Assembly: GCA_010093745.1 (NCBI GenBank)
Contig: MU005969.1
Coordinates: 62,001 to 126,000, forward strand
From: Piedraia hortae CBS 480.64
Taxonomy: Eukaryota
Direction of reading: 5' to 3'
Length of the DNA: 64,000 nucleotides
Shown one piece after another: positions 11,304 through 23,671 of this stretch (positions are counted from its first letter, which is position 1; every line of letters starts with the position of its first letter). A program made the position numbers and the translations under genes. The notes under the pieces were generated by a model. The model was not told the origin of the DNA and did not search any database. It saw only the letters and a program-made list of their open reading frames with translations.

Positions 11304-12149
11304 ATGGCCGCCGCGATGCTAGGCGGAGGCGAGGGCATGCCTATTGAGCAATGGTTTTTGGAAATGCCCATTTGCACGCGTTGGTGGACGGTTGCGACCA
11401 TGGCTACGGGGGCTCTGGTTCTATGCAAGGTCCTAACGCCCTTTCAACTGTTCTACAGTTTTCGAGCTGTTTACTACAAGCAACAGGTTGGTTTTTTTCT
11501 TTTAAAAAAAATTACTTCGAGTGGTTAATGCTAAGATGGGTAGTACTGGAGAATACTGACCTCGTTCATCTACTTTGGTCCGCTATCGCTCAGCCTGTTA
11601 TACAACATCTTCTTCATCCAACATTACGCTCGAGCTCTGGAAGAGTCTTATGCCGGCGTTGCTCAATTCTCTTGGCTTCTGCTTTACTCGTCTGCTGCCA
11701 TTGTAGCTGTTGCTCCGCTGTTCAATCAAGAGTTTCTTGGTGGAGCTCTAACGGCTACGCTGGTGTACTTGTGGTGCAGACGAAATTCAGAGACTCGATT
11801 GATCTTGATGGGACTTGTGACTGTTCGAGCAGAGTGGTTGCCATGGGTGTTGATTGGTGTCAAAGTTGCCTTCAACGGACGTTGGCCTATGGATGATCTC
11901 TGCGGACTTATCATTGGCCACAGTAAGTTGTGCTGAATCATCATTTGAGAAATACGCTTATGCACAGTAGTTTGCTACTTCTTCAACGACATTTATCCTG
12001 CCACTCATGGCGGATACAGGCCTTTGGATCCCCCTCAATGGTGGATCCGTCTGGTGGAGGGCAACCCGGCAGCCACTCCAGACGCTGGTGTTCAAGAAGC
12101 GGCTATGAACCGTAGAGACATGGCACCAGCCGTACGTGACGTTCGCTAA
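11304..12149 (+). CDS. DER1: Derlin (ERAD membrane protein)
   Basis: EQWFLEMPICTRWWT, TPFQLFYSFRAVYYKQQ/YWRILTSFIYFGPLS, RYARALEES, VRAEWLPWV, GH/ICYFFNDIYP. Introns 11487-11543 and 11923-11970. Confidence 0.9.
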
Positions 12150-12594
12150 CGAACCATGACCGCAATGAAAGATTCAAAAATATGTCCCTATGACATCACG
12201 GAAGGTTAACGTAATTCCGATCTCAGAGACTTATTTTGGGCATATCGTGTCCCAAAGCAGCGGAAGTGAAATACCTTTGCAGTTCAAGATCCTGCTTGCC
12301 CATGCCGCAACGGAGTTGAACCTCCAATCCAGACAGTGAGAGTGTGTACAGTAACTATGACTAGATGATACAACGTGTCCATATCCTTTCCAAGTAAAAT
12401 CCATGTATGAAGCTGTGTGTTCTGTCGGCCCGATTGATCGGTGTATTTTGGCCTGGCCGGATGACGTTTTACAGCGGAACTTACCACACGTGATATCAGC
12501 ACCATGACGTTGATACTGCCCCGCTGAGCGGTGAAAAAGATTCGACGCTTTCTCTGCTTCACTCCATCGACATTGCACAGAAGACTGCGTTAAG

Positions 12595-14310
12595 ATGGCT
12601 GATAACACTTCCCCACACGACAAGAACTCGTAAGTTTTTTTTTAACCATCCTAAACAGCTTTGTACTGACCTGTCACAGCAACGCTGGGTATGTGTCAAC
12701 CCCTGATTCGGGACTCGAAGTCATTGTGACAGCTGCGTCGACGAATTCGAGGCTAACTTGATCCTTCCCAGCACCGTAGAGCTTAAGGATGACACGGTCG
12801 TTATTGTTTTGGGAGCCTCGGGCGACCTTGCTAAGAAGAAGACCTTCCCAGCGCTCTTTGGACTGTTCTGCAATTCGTTTCTGCCCAAGGGCATCAAGAT
12901 TTTTGGCTATGCCAGGACAAAGATGGACCGGGAGGAATACCTAAAGCGGGTCAAATCGCATATTAAGACTCCCACGAAGGAGAGCGAGGAACAACTCGAG
13001 AAGTTTTGTGAGTGCACCCATTACATTAGCGGGCAGTACGATCAGGACGAGGGATTCGATGAATTGGAAAACAAGCTCGAAGAAGCTGAGAAGGGGCAAA
13101 AGAGGAACAACCGGGTGTTCTACATGGCCCTACCTCCTTCTGTTTTCATCCCCGTTTCTGAGAAATTGAAGAAGTGGAATTACCCCAAAAATGGAATTGC
13201 ACGAATCATCATTGAGAAGCCATTTGGAAAGGACTTGGAGTCGTCTCGCGCCCTTGACAGGGCACTGCGTCCGAACTGGAAGGAGGAGGAGATTTTCCGC
13301 ATCGACCACTACCTGGGGAAGGAAATGGTCAAAAATATCCTGATCCTTCGATTCGGCAATACATTTCTCGGTGCTACATGGAACCGTCAGAATATCGACA
13401 ACGTTCAAATTACCTTCAAGGAGCCTTTTGGCACCGAGGGCCGCGGGGGGTATTTCGACGAGTTTGGCATCATCCGCGATGTGATGCAGAACCATTTGTT
13501 GCAGGTTCTTACACTGCTGACCATGGAGCGTCCAATCTCATTCTCTGCAGAGGACATTCGTGACGAAAAGGTGCGTGTGTTGCGGGCAATCCCCAGCATC
13601 GAACGCACCAATGTCATCATTGGGCAGTATGAGAAGTCAGTGGATGGGTCGAAGCCGGGTTACAAGGATGATGACTCTGTGCCCAAAGATTCCCGCTGCC
13701 CAACGTTTGCCAGCATGGTGGCATACATAAAGAATGAGCGCTGGGATGGCGTTCCATTCATTTTGAAGGCAGGGAAGGCGCTCAACGAGCAAAAAACGGA
13801 AATCCGCATTCAGTTCAAGGATGTCATGTCGGGCATCTTTAAGGATATCCCGCGCAACGAACTCGTCATTCGAGTGCAGCCCAATGAGTCGGTCTACATC
13901 AAGATGAACTCGAAGCTGCCCGGGTTGAGCATGCAGACGGTTGTTACCGAACTTGACCTCACGTACCGACGTCGCTTCTCGGACCTGAAGATTCCAGAGG
14001 CATATGAGAGTCTGATTCTCGACGCCCTGAAGGGTGATCACTCAAATTTTGTTCGAGACGACGAGCTTGATGCATCGTGGCGGATCTTTACTCCGCTGTT
14101 GCACTATCTCGATGAGCACAAGGATATTACCCCAATGGGTTATCCATATGGTAATTCTGCTATCGTGGATTGTCGAATTGTCGCTGACACGTCACAGGAT
14201 CACGAGGTCCGGCAATGCTTGATGACTTTATGGCCAGCTATGGTTATAAATTCTCGGATGCGGCCACTTACCAATGGCCACAGACTTCTGCAAAGGGTAG
14301 CAAGGCGTAA
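12595..14310 (+). CDS. ZWF1: Glucose-6-phosphate 1-dehydrogenase
   Basis: GASGDLAKKKTFPALF, EKPFG, RIDHYLGKEMV, GTEGRGGYFDEFGIIRDVMQNH. Introns 12630-12679, 12689-12771 and 14151-14197; ends ...YQWPQTSAKGSKA*. Confidence 0.96.
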
Positions 14311-14436
14311 GTGAAAGCATAGCTGGCAACGTTTGATGAGTAAGTAAAATGTATTCACACGATCTCCCGTGACTTGGGTGTGAAAGCCTCGGACGAGGCT
14401 GTGGAACCTTCAACGGTCGCTAGCCGTCACAACATC

Positions 14437-15900
14437 ATGGCCGTCTCAGGGCCGATATGGATGGGCCAGTCGCACATCAAAGGCTCTACGGAGTCGATGC
14501 GTATGATGCTACTGACGTTTGCCTCGTTGGGATTGCAGTTTTGCTGGGGCACAGAGATGACATACGGGACTCCGTATCTGCTGAGCCTGGGGATGAGCAA
14601 GAGCAAGCTGTCTTTGGTGTGGGTGGCCGGACCTCTTTCTGGCCTAGTAATGCAGCCCGTGGTCGGCCTGCTGTCAGACCGGTGCACAAACCGGTGGGGA
14701 CGACGGCGGCCGTTCATGATGGCTGGGACGTTTGCCGTAGTCGTCTGTCTCCTAATCCTAGGCTGGACGGAAGCCATAGTGAAGTACTTTGTCGGTGATG
14801 AAGAGCGAATCCGCAGCCTCACCGTGGTCCTGGCCGTGGTGGACATATATATCTTGGACTTCATGATCAACATCTCACAATCCGCATGCCGCGCCCTCGT
14901 AACAGACGCCCTACCCGCAGAGAAACAACAACTAGGCTCAGCCTGGTGCAGCCGCATGGCGGGCTTCGGCCAAATGCTCGTTTACGGTCTCGGGGCGATT
15001 GACCTCCAACACATCTTCGGTCCCTTACTCGGCGACTCCCAATTCAAACAAGTTTGTGCCACAGCCGCGATAGCCATGTTAATAGCTCAAGGAACAACCT
15101 GCTGGGCCGTTTCCGAACGAATCCTAACCTCCCCCCCATCCCAAACACCCACCAGCAACAATAGCATAACCTCAATCCTAAAACAAATATCCCACACAAC
15201 CCTCAACCTCCCTGACGGCATCCGCGCAATTTGCCACGTGCAACTCTGGTCCTGGATAGGGTGGTTCCCCTTCCTCTTCTACGGCAGTACCTGGGTGGGG
15301 GAACTGTACCTCCTCTCCGCCCCGACAACACGAAGTAAACAAGCCATCCTAACCGAAACAGGCCGTCACGCAAGCCAGGCGTTTATGCTCTTCTCAATCC
15401 TAAATCTGCTTGGTTCGATCTTTCTTCCTTCTTTGCTCTACGACCCCTCATCCTCTGCTGGCCTTCCAGCAAAGAACCCAATCCACTCGAAGAAACCAAC
15501 ACTAAAGCAAGCGTGGAGGTGGAGTAACTTCTCCTTCGCAGCCTTAATGGCGCTTACGCCGTTCATCTCATCCTTCCATCTCGCGACGATCCTCATCGCG
15601 CTCTGCGCTTTTCCCTGGTCGGTCGCGGGGCTCGCGCCGGGGACGTTTCTCGGTGTGCAGGTCAATCGCTTGGCATCCCTACCGCTGGATGATGAACAGG
15701 GAGATGCAGCAGGGATCTATTTCGGGATCCTGAATATCTATACTACGATCCCGCAGTTTCTTGGCACGGGGATTAGTTGGGTTGTGTTTTCGGTGGTGGA
15801 GGGGTTGGGGTTGGGGGGAGGGGGGATTGCGGCGTGTTTGTGTATTGGTGCGGGGTGTGCGTTTAGGGCCGGGAGGGAGTGCAGGTTTTTGAGGGAGTAG
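14437..15900 (+). CDS. GPH/MFS sucrose or alpha-glucoside transporter (Sut1/SLC45-like)
   Basis: GLQFCWGTEMTYGTPYLLSLG, VWVAGPLSGLVMQPVVG.LSD...WGRRRPF, WSWIGWFPFLFYGSTWVGE, GIYFGILNIYTTIPQF. Confidence 0.88.
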   Translation: MAVSGPIWMGQSHIKGSTESMRMMLLTFASLGLQFCWGTEMTYGTPYLLSLGMSKSKLSLVWVAGPLSGLVMQPVVGLLSDRCTNRWGRRRPFMMAGTFAVVVCLLILGWTEAIVKYFVGDEERIRSLTVVLAVVDIYILDFMINISQSACRALVTDALPAEKQQLGSAWCSRMAGFGQMLVYGLGAIDLQHIFGPLLGDSQFKQVCATAAIAMLIAQGTTCWAVSERILTSPPSQTPTSNNSITSILKQISHTTLNLPDGIRAICHVQLWSWIGWFPFLFYGSTWVGELYLLSAPTTRSKQAILTETGRHASQAFMLFSILNLLGSIFLPSLLYDPSSSAGLPAKNPIHSKKPTLKQAWRWSNFSFAALMALTPFISSFHLATILIALCAFPWSVAGLAPGTFLGVQVNRLASLPLDDEQGDAAGIYFGILNIYTTIPQFLGTGISWVVFSVVEGLGLGGGGIAACLCIGAGCAFRAGRECRFLRE

Positions 15901-16127
15901 GGGTTTCATATCTTGGGAGGGTGGGGGTTTTATGAGGGTGGGTATGTTCTGTTTTTTCTTTTTTTTTTTTCCCTAGGCGGGGGAGGGTTCCTTTGGTAGG
16001 AGTTTTCACGGTTAAGAGGTATGATAGTCCCTACGCTCATAAACCATTTGTCAATGTAAAAATTCCACTCATCACGATTGATCATTACCGTTCTTCCACA
16101 AGGTATATAATCCTAACCGACGATCCA

Positions 16128-19100
16128 TCAAGGCGGATAGCCATCACAGTCCAAAAGCGAAGTTGGTCTTTCAAACTTCTCGTCTTCAATCATCATCTCC
16201 ACCTCTACTCCGTTCATTACGCACCAGTTACGCTCGAGGTACCGGCCTAGCCGGAAAATCTGCCTGTCCCATTGCTCTGACAAGAGCCTGTGCGTCGTTT
16301 GAATGTCCTGCACCGTGAAACTCATTGCCGAAGCCGAGACCGGCGTCGACGGCGTTTGTCGTGATTTAGTCGTCAGCCCACGTGTGAGCGGAGAAGAAAG
16401 TCTTCTCTGCAGACGGCCAGACGAATTTGAAGGAGATCGGTAAGATGGTAGAGCGGGGAATGAAGGTGTGTAGGCTGATGTGGTGCGTGATGCTGTGCGA
16501 CGCACACTGGCGAAACCCCTCCGCATCACCGACCCTCCGAGGCTACCGTTCATGCTTGACCGTGGGGTGGGCGAAGCCGGTGGCGATTCGGCACCTCTCA
16601 TGGTCATCTCTGCCGATTTGAAGGCTGCTGCTCGACCATCGTCCATCGTGGGCAGGTAGCAGAGCGATGTGTTGGCAACGAGGGAGTTGACGAGGTCCGT
16701 CAGTCCCTGTAGTGGAATCTCGTTGTTTGCACAGTGCAGCTCGCGGAGATGAGTGTTCTCTTTGAGGACTTCTGCCAGGGTGCTTGCTCCTTGCAGGCCA
16801 AGTTTCTGCTTTTCTATGCGGAATATTTGCAACGACTTGTTGTGCTTCAATCCCATCAACGCCTGGTTGATTCCCGGCCCAAACTTGGATGTTGCTAGAC
16901 GTGAGTCTTCACCTGACAGATCCATCTCAGTGATGGTCTCATTCTCCGCCAGCAGTCGCTCCAACGCCCGGCTCGTCTCTTCACTCGCATCTCCCGGTAA
17001 CGCCGTCTGAGACATGTCGATATACCGAATTGTTTTGTTCTGAGCCAATGCTACAAGAATCTTGCGGAATTGGGAGTCTTCTCGGTACTCGATTGCCCGC
17101 ATAGTCAGATGCGTGGGCGCCATACCCTCTGCAATTGCCTGGGCCACGGCTTCCAGCCCTTTTGCCAACGAATTCTGGCTAATGTCTAGATGCAAGAACC
17201 GCTCTCCATGGGCATCCCCACACATGCTTCGCAACATTGTGGCAATACCGTTGCCCGTCAGGCTCGTGTTGTCCACGTATAGTTCCTGCAGACTGCTCGA
17301 CTGCGGATGTGCCAGAAACGTTGCAACTGCATCCGTCGTGGCTTCGTTCAGAGTCGTACCGCTCAGCCGCAGCTCCTGAAGCCGCCAGATGAGCAGAGTC
17401 TCGGCTTGTATCAACGGCTCGTTGCCCGACGTCCGGGAAACATAGGAAAGATTCAGCTTGCGAATGAAACCAAACATTCCCAGCTGTCCGTCAAACGTTA
17501 CCGGGTTGAAGCGTGCTGTATTCCCAGCCAACTCCAGCGCCTCCAGCGTATTGTCCTGCGCCCGCAGTGCATCCAAGATCAACCCCATGCTCCGGTCGTT
17601 AAGACCGCAGCGATTGAGCTCAATGGCACGAAAGTGGCACGACTTCTCCACCGCCGCGCCTACCAGATAATCCAGATCAGTGTCGCTAAGGTCGATGCCG
17701 TTGAGGCAGATCCAGTCGACATTGGTAGTTTGGTGCTTGCAGAGCGGAAACAATGCCTCGACAATGCCGCAGCCAATGTCTTTGGGACGTGTGGTATCGT
17801 CGTCCACCGCATCTACGGCCGGGGACGATTTGGCCGTGATGCACTGCGAAAAGTCCATCCGCCTCAGCTTTTTGCTGGTTGCCGCCAACGCCCGCACCTC
17901 CTGCACCAGCAGACAGGACCGGCTCAGCTCCTGCATCGACAACGGGATCGGAGTGCCCTGCTTGGTGCGAGTGCAAACATGTTCTTGGCCATACATGTCG
18001 TGCAGACCATTCAAACTGTCGAGGCTGACGCCGGCAAAGGAGATGGTGCTGAAGCTCTCGTTATATCGCAGCGCCCGCATGATAGCCATCAGCTCTACAG
18101 GGCCATAGTCGGGCTTGCGGGCATCGACACGGGGAAGAAGTTCAAACCTAGGGGCATCCTCACAGTGGTATTCAATCATATATCGCACCTGGGCTGGATT
18201 AACTCCGTATGCCACGCAAAATGCCGTCAGTGTGCGGTCCAAGCAGCCATGTTCCTCATCAGACTGCGGTGCCGTCGGCAGAAAATCCTCCACCTCCGGC
18301 GGTGCAACCAAACGGAACAGCCGTTGGCCACACTCTGGTCTCAGGTAACTCTCGGCCCAGTCTAGCCGAGCTGCAATCTCGTGTGACGCCGAAGATGCCA
18401 GGTACAGCCGTTTGGGCCGCTGCAAGGGCGCGCGAAACGTCAACTCTAGGGAGTCATCGTGGCCGCTGATGAGGGCGCCCGTGAGCGTCAGGATGCCATA
18501 AGAAGCATGAGACGGATGTGGCGCGCGGGACGGACTGGTGCTCCGTAAAGGAGCCTTTACAACTCGCACCAGATGTACCTTATGCACGCCGACAACCAGA
18601 TAGCATACGGCCGACGTTACTTTGGCCAGATCGTCAGTCGAAGACCGACCACTGCTCTTGGCCGACTGACGCTGCACAACACGGAAGAAGGCGCAGTTGG
18701 CCGGATCGTAATCATTCTCCCGCTCCAGCATGCGCGCCGCGTTTTCTATATTGCACGTCGTCAGGGCAGCTGCGTCGGGCAAACGGTCTTTGACGGCACG
18801 GCGAAGCGTACGTAACCAGACGTCCCGTTCATCCGGCTGATTGAACTGTAGCGCCATTGACGAAGCCTGGCCTGACTCGTCGTCCAGGTAGCTCAGCTCA
18901 ACGGCAAAATACGGCTTGCCATCGTCCAACCGCGTGACGGCCACCACCTGGCGCAGCGGCACACGGCCGTCCTTGTCGCCCGAAGAATCTGACATGGTCT
19001 GCAAATCGCTCGCCGACCCGACCGATGGCATCGAGCCGTGCTTGACCGTCGCTGAGCGGCCAATCGGGAACGGAATGCTCTTGAACGTATCGGCCGCTTT

Positions 19101-19706
19101 GGCCTGCGACTTGTAGCGCAGCAGATGCGTCTCCGTCAGCACCAGGTACTCGCGCTTCTTCCGAAACATGCCCGCGCTCGTCTGCACCTCGTCGTGCAGC
19201 AGCACCGTCCTTGCTGCCCCCTGGTGCTCCATTTCCGCCTCTCCCGGCACGTTCCCAGAGGCGGCGTAAAGGTGATCTAGGTTGTCTCCGCGCAGGTCAT
19301 CGCAGCTGGACCGCACCGACTGGCGGAGGGAGCCAAAGACGGACGGCGGCCGTCTCGACGCAGCTCGAGCACTGAGCGACGGTCGACGGGACCGCGAGGG
19401 CTCCGAAGTGGTGGTGGAGACTGTGCTGCCGGCGGCGTTGTGGCGGGCGTTGGCGTCGTTATCCTGGGCGTGGCCGTGTGGGTCACCGTCGAGGCCGTCG
19501 TCAGCCACGGCGGCGACGCGTTGGGCGTTTGGGCCATGGCTCCACGTGCGCGCGAGCTTGGCCTTCTTCAGCGTCGCCCCGGCTTTTCCCGCTTCTCCGT
19601 TGGTGGCTGGCTTCCCTCCAGGCGGCACAATTGGACTCAGTGCCGACAGGGCAAAGAGGCTGCGGCGTTTGGACCAGCTGCCAGCATCTTGGCTGCGTCT
19701 GGACAT
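16128..19706 (-). CDS. Large PH-like plus leucine-rich-repeat protein
   Basis: 1192 aa intronless ORF. PH-like segment (FRKKREYLVLTETHLLRYKS...ERDVWLRTL) followed by RI-like LRRs (LEALELAGN, LQELRLSGT, LHLDISQN, LRELHCANNEI). Confidence 0.8.
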   Translation of the reverse strand: MSRRSQDAGSWSKRRSLFALSALSPIVPPGGKPATNGEAGKAGATLKKAKLARTWSHGPNAQRVAAVADDGLDGDPHGHAQDNDANARHNAAGSTVSTTTSEPSRSRRPSLSARAASRRPPSVFGSLRQSVRSSCDDLRGDNLDHLYAASGNVPGEAEMEHQGAARTVLLHDEVQTSAGMFRKKREYLVLTETHLLRYKSQAKAADTFKSIPFPIGRSATVKHGSMPSVGSASDLQTMSDSSGDKDGRVPLRQVVAVTRLDDGKPYFAVELSYLDDESGQASSMALQFNQPDERDVWLRTLRRAVKDRLPDAAALTTCNIENAARMLERENDYDPANCAFFRVVQRQSAKSSGRSSTDDLAKVTSAVCYLVVGVHKVHLVRVVKAPLRSTSPSRAPHPSHASYGILTLTGALISGHDDSLELTFRAPLQRPKRLYLASSASHEIAARLDWAESYLRPECGQRLFRLVAPPEVEDFLPTAPQSDEEHGCLDRTLTAFCVAYGVNPAQVRYMIEYHCEDAPRFELLPRVDARKPDYGPVELMAIMRALRYNESFSTISFAGVSLDSLNGLHDMYGQEHVCTRTKQGTPIPLSMQELSRSCLLVQEVRALAATSKKLRRMDFSQCITAKSSPAVDAVDDDTTRPKDIGCGIVEALFPLCKHQTTNVDWICLNGIDLSDTDLDYLVGAAVEKSCHFRAIELNRCGLNDRSMGLILDALRAQDNTLEALELAGNTARFNPVTFDGQLGMFGFIRKLNLSYVSRTSGNEPLIQAETLLIWRLQELRLSGTTLNEATTDAVATFLAHPQSSSLQELYVDNTSLTGNGIATMLRSMCGDAHGERFLHLDISQNSLAKGLEAVAQAIAEGMAPTHLTMRAIEYREDSQFRKILVALAQNKTIRYIDMSQTALPGDASEETSRALERLLAENETITEMDLSGEDSRLATSKFGPGINQALMGLKHNKSLQIFRIEKQKLGLQGASTLAEVLKENTHLRELHCANNEIPLQGLTDLVNSLVANTSLCYLPTMDDGRAAAFKSAEMTMRGAESPPASPTPRSSMNGSLGGSVMRRGFASVRRTASRTTSAYTPSFPALPSYRSPSNSSGRLQRRLSSPLTRGLTTKSRQTPSTPVSASAMSFTVQDIQTTHRLLSEQWDRQIFRLGRYLERNWCVMNGVEVEMMIEDEKFERPTSLLDCDGYPP

Positions 19707-21173
19707 GGCCGTGGGGCCCCTGGCACAAGAAAAGTGTCAGCGAAGCGGCATAGGGCTGGTTGACGGTTGCAGCCAGCCCATGATATCTAAATCTACAGGC
19801 AGCAAGAAAGAGACTTTCTCGCCTGGGCCGCTTTCTTCCCAGGCACCGCACACGCGCGCAAGCGAGGATTGATTGGATTAATAAAGTCGAGGGGCTTCAC
19901 TTGGTGGGAACCGGTGGAGCATTTGATGAAGAAACCCTCTAGGGTTAGGCGTGTCATCGGGACTTCTGCAGCATCCACCCCGCTTTTGCGTAACTCTGGG
20001 CGTGCGAGCTTCCGATGCTTGCCCCAAAAATCACGCGGTGAGCATGCGTGCGCCCCCTGTCACTACGTCCATCTCCCGCTGCTATCTATACTCGATGTAC
20101 GTCCATAGCCAGTGCTTTGTCCGATTTGCCGGGCGGGGAAGCCAGTCTTTAGTGACGATTGGTCGTTTGATGTACTGCTAACTTATGCTCGTCACCTTTG
20201 CGATCTTGTGTTCCAATGGTAACTTTACCTCTCCTGAACCCCACCCACAACCTGAAATATCTCCGCATCAAGTAGCATGGCTCTATAATTAAAGAAGTGC
20301 CAAAAGGATGGAAGGAAGACGACCGTTGCTCATCCTCAATCTTTTTTGCTTTGTTAATGTTTGCTCGATACGAGGGATGATTCAATTGTGCAGACATGCT
20401 GCAAACAAGATCTAGGGCACCTTGCCTAGAGATTTGTCAAGATTGAGCCCTCGTCACCGGACAAACAGACTTGTGCTTATATACCCATGCCTTGGATGTG
20501 GTATGCTTGTCCCATCACCTTGTCATAATAATCACTAAACAAATCAAACTTCTCGGTGGCTCGACGGTGAATCGTCCCCAACGATGGCAATACATTACTG
20601 ATCATCCCTCACATAACTGCTGCAAGTGGACACAGAGTAGCCACGTTTGGTGGTCTTATTGCTTTCGTAATGGGATTCGAACAGAGTATGTGAAACAGAT
20701 TTCTCGATGAAATGTCGACTCAAAAGGAGAGAAATGTACGTAGAAACCTCCCCCCCCCCTCCTCCCCCCGTCCCCTCGTCAAACGCCAACCACCCGCTTT
20801 TCCTTAATATTTCAACGTACCTATGATGCAATACAAAACTAGCCTTAATGCCTTCTCCGTCGAAACGAACATTCACCCCAATCATCTCAGAGAAAAACGA
20901 AACCAATACGTTCGTGTCAAACTTTAATAAGAGCACTACAGTACCTACCCATGCCACCAACCCCCATAAACTTCCCCCATGAAAATCTCTCTGCAACCAC
21001 AACCCCTTCTCAACCCAACCAATCCATCAAACTACAGTATAACACATAACAACTAATCAATTAGCAACAACAAACATGATCCCTCACACAATCCCATTAG
21101 AATGGATTGAACAACCCCCCCCCCCCCCACTCACAAAAAAACCCTCTCACCCTCATCAGCCCGGCCGACAGCA

Positions 21174-22013
21174 TCACCGTTTATCCAACCTCAACAACTC
21201 CCTCAACTGATCCTCCATGCCCTTCAGATCCTCAGTTGTCTCTTGCCCTCTTTTCTTCGAAGATTGCTGTTTCGCAGTCTGAAACAGACTCTCAAGGTTC
21301 CTATTCCCGTAGTGATAGGTCTCCTCTGCATCGTGAGGTTCCTGTGGTTGCCGCATTGGGGATCCATCTTTTGGGAAAGGGCCGGGTGGACGGCCGACTT
21401 TGGGTGGTGCAGATTGGCAGATCTTGGATGGCGGAACGGGAGAGGCGTACGGTGGTCCTTTCGGCACAAAATCGTGTCGGAGATGGGATTTTTGTTCTTT
21501 TTCTGCGCGGTCGGCTTGGAAGAGAATGTTTAGTGTCACTGGTGATGAGGTTGGGTTTGGTTGGGGAATAGAGGGTCGGGTTGAGGTAGGGTTTTGTTCG
21601 GGTGGGGAGGTCACTGCTGGGGGTTGGTCGAGAGGTACTGGATCACGGGGGAAGCGAGGTAGAGGAAGAGAAGACGGGGCAGGGGATATGTGTTGAAAGG
21701 TTGAACCTGCGAAGGCTTTTTCCCGAACGGGGGTTGTACTTGGTATGAAGGGACCAGCAGATGATGCTGGCCTCTGCTTTCGTTGGCTACGGGGCGCTCC
21801 ACCTTTTGGGTTGCCTTGCCTCTGCTGCTGGGCCTGCTGCTGAGGATCTTGGGCTTTGGCCATCAAGCTTGTTGCTGAGTCCGACATGGTTCCATCATTG
21901 CGCGGGAGGTCTTGCATGCTACGCCTCTGCCCAGCCGATGCAGATTTGCGTCCCCTACCTCTTTTCGTTGGCGTGCTGTACGAAGGAGTGGTCTCATTAC
22001 TTTTGTCTTCCAT
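21174..22013 (-). CDS. Disordered protein with Edc1/PNRC-type decapping-activator motif
   Basis: 279 aa, low complexity; AFAGSTFQHISPAPSSLPLPRF motif and C-terminal helix DLKGMEDQLRELLRL. Confidence 0.7.
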   Translation of the reverse strand: MEDKSNETTPSYSTPTKRGRGRKSASAGQRRSMQDLPRNDGTMSDSATSLMAKAQDPQQQAQQQRQGNPKGGAPRSQRKQRPASSAGPFIPSTTPVREKAFAGSTFQHISPAPSSLPLPRFPRDPVPLDQPPAVTSPPEQNPTSTRPSIPQPNPTSSPVTLNILFQADRAEKEQKSHLRHDFVPKGPPYASPVPPSKICQSAPPKVGRPPGPFPKDGSPMRQPQEPHDAEETYHYGNRNLESLFQTAKQQSSKKRGQETTEDLKGMEDQLRELLRLDKR

Positions 22014-22790
22014 TTCCTGTGGGTATAGGAGCAGAACGAGATCTAATGCAGTGGCGGGGTTGGCGATAGTGCTGACCAGAGTACTTCGTATTGGTAGGAG
22101 CGAATAGAAAAGTTACAATTCACGACGATCGACATTTGAAAATGTGTGGTGTCGTTAGACAATATGAAGCATTCACAACAGGAACGATGTGAACTCTAGT
22201 TGTGGTTGTCAGGGACGATGATGATGATTGTTCTTGCGACAAGACGGAAGCGGGCCGATACCGGCCCCCGCAGCCTCCAAAGAGGTATATAGGCACTATT
22301 TACAGAACGGATTGAGCAAACCTGTGCTTCGGAGCTCCCCAGTGACCGTGATTCTATGCAGTCACGCAACACGGGTGAGGGTCGACCCGACCTGTTCATG
22401 CCGCATTAGGTCTTTTGGACTTCTCATTTCCGGAAATTTTCAATTTCCCCAGCCTTGGTGCAATGAGATAATCTTGCAGAGCAAACGTCCATACGGCCTC
22501 TCTGCAAGTTGCGAAATTCTGTAGTGAGTGCCGCGATCTTACATTCCTGCCGCTGTGCCGTCATGCATTATTGAACGTAGCAGTTGTGCCGAGAAACAAC
22601 AAAGTAGTCATGTGTTGTTATTTTGAGTGTACTGCCAACCAGGCCCAAAAACTCGCCCAAAATTGGTGGAGGTGGAGGTGGTGGTTGTTGTGGTGTTAGT
22701 AAGTTTTACTCCACCTGCAGTTGCAACGTCAAAGCTGAGTAAGCATTCCAACAATTGCACACATTTGGTGTTCCACGCAACAGAAAAGAT

Positions 22791-23237
<447 letters not shown>

Positions 23238-23314
23238 TGGTTTCGTCTCATAGACTGGCAAGCGTTACAATAGGGCAGACACTCTTATGACGGACATGAC
23301 ATCTTTCTTATCTC

Positions 23315-23671
23315 TCAGCTTCCCAGCTGCTTCCCATCCACGTATATGCCATCTGGTAGAGCGACTCCGTGCCTCGAAGACAACCACCTCACAGGGTGAC
23401 GGTTGAAGTAGGGCCACGGCGGCACTACCAGTAGGAAAGTAAGCGCCGTCCCAACTAGACCTGCGTAGGCTGCGTAGAAGATGTTCCCCGTCAAGATGCC
23501 TAATAGAAACGAGACTGCGCCAGTGATGGTGAGGAGGGTATAAGTCACGAGCTCAGCAAGCCGTTGGCCTTCGAAATCCTTTGGTCATAAGTACATTGAC
23601 GGTACCGTGGTGCCAAGACTTACGATTTCGCCTTCATATACGCAGCGAGCCTTTTCCATCAGGTCGTCCAT
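23315..23671 (-). CDS. SPC1: Signal peptidase complex 12 kDa subunit
   Basis: MDDLMEKARCVYEGEI/DFEGQRLAE...LVVPPWPYFNRHPVRWL; intron 23579-23623. Confidence 0.9.

Noticed and set aside
14281..14325. Cryptic peroxisomal PTS1 on G6PD (ends -SKA; readthrough gives -VKA)
   Set aside because: Neither is a canonical PTS1, and the TAA context is not a readthrough motif. MDH likewise shows no PTS1 after its TAG.
17307..18365. 352-aa plus-strand ORF and other long ORFs opposite the LRR gene, INO80 and SNF21
   Set aside because: GC-rich antisense shadows of bona fide genes.
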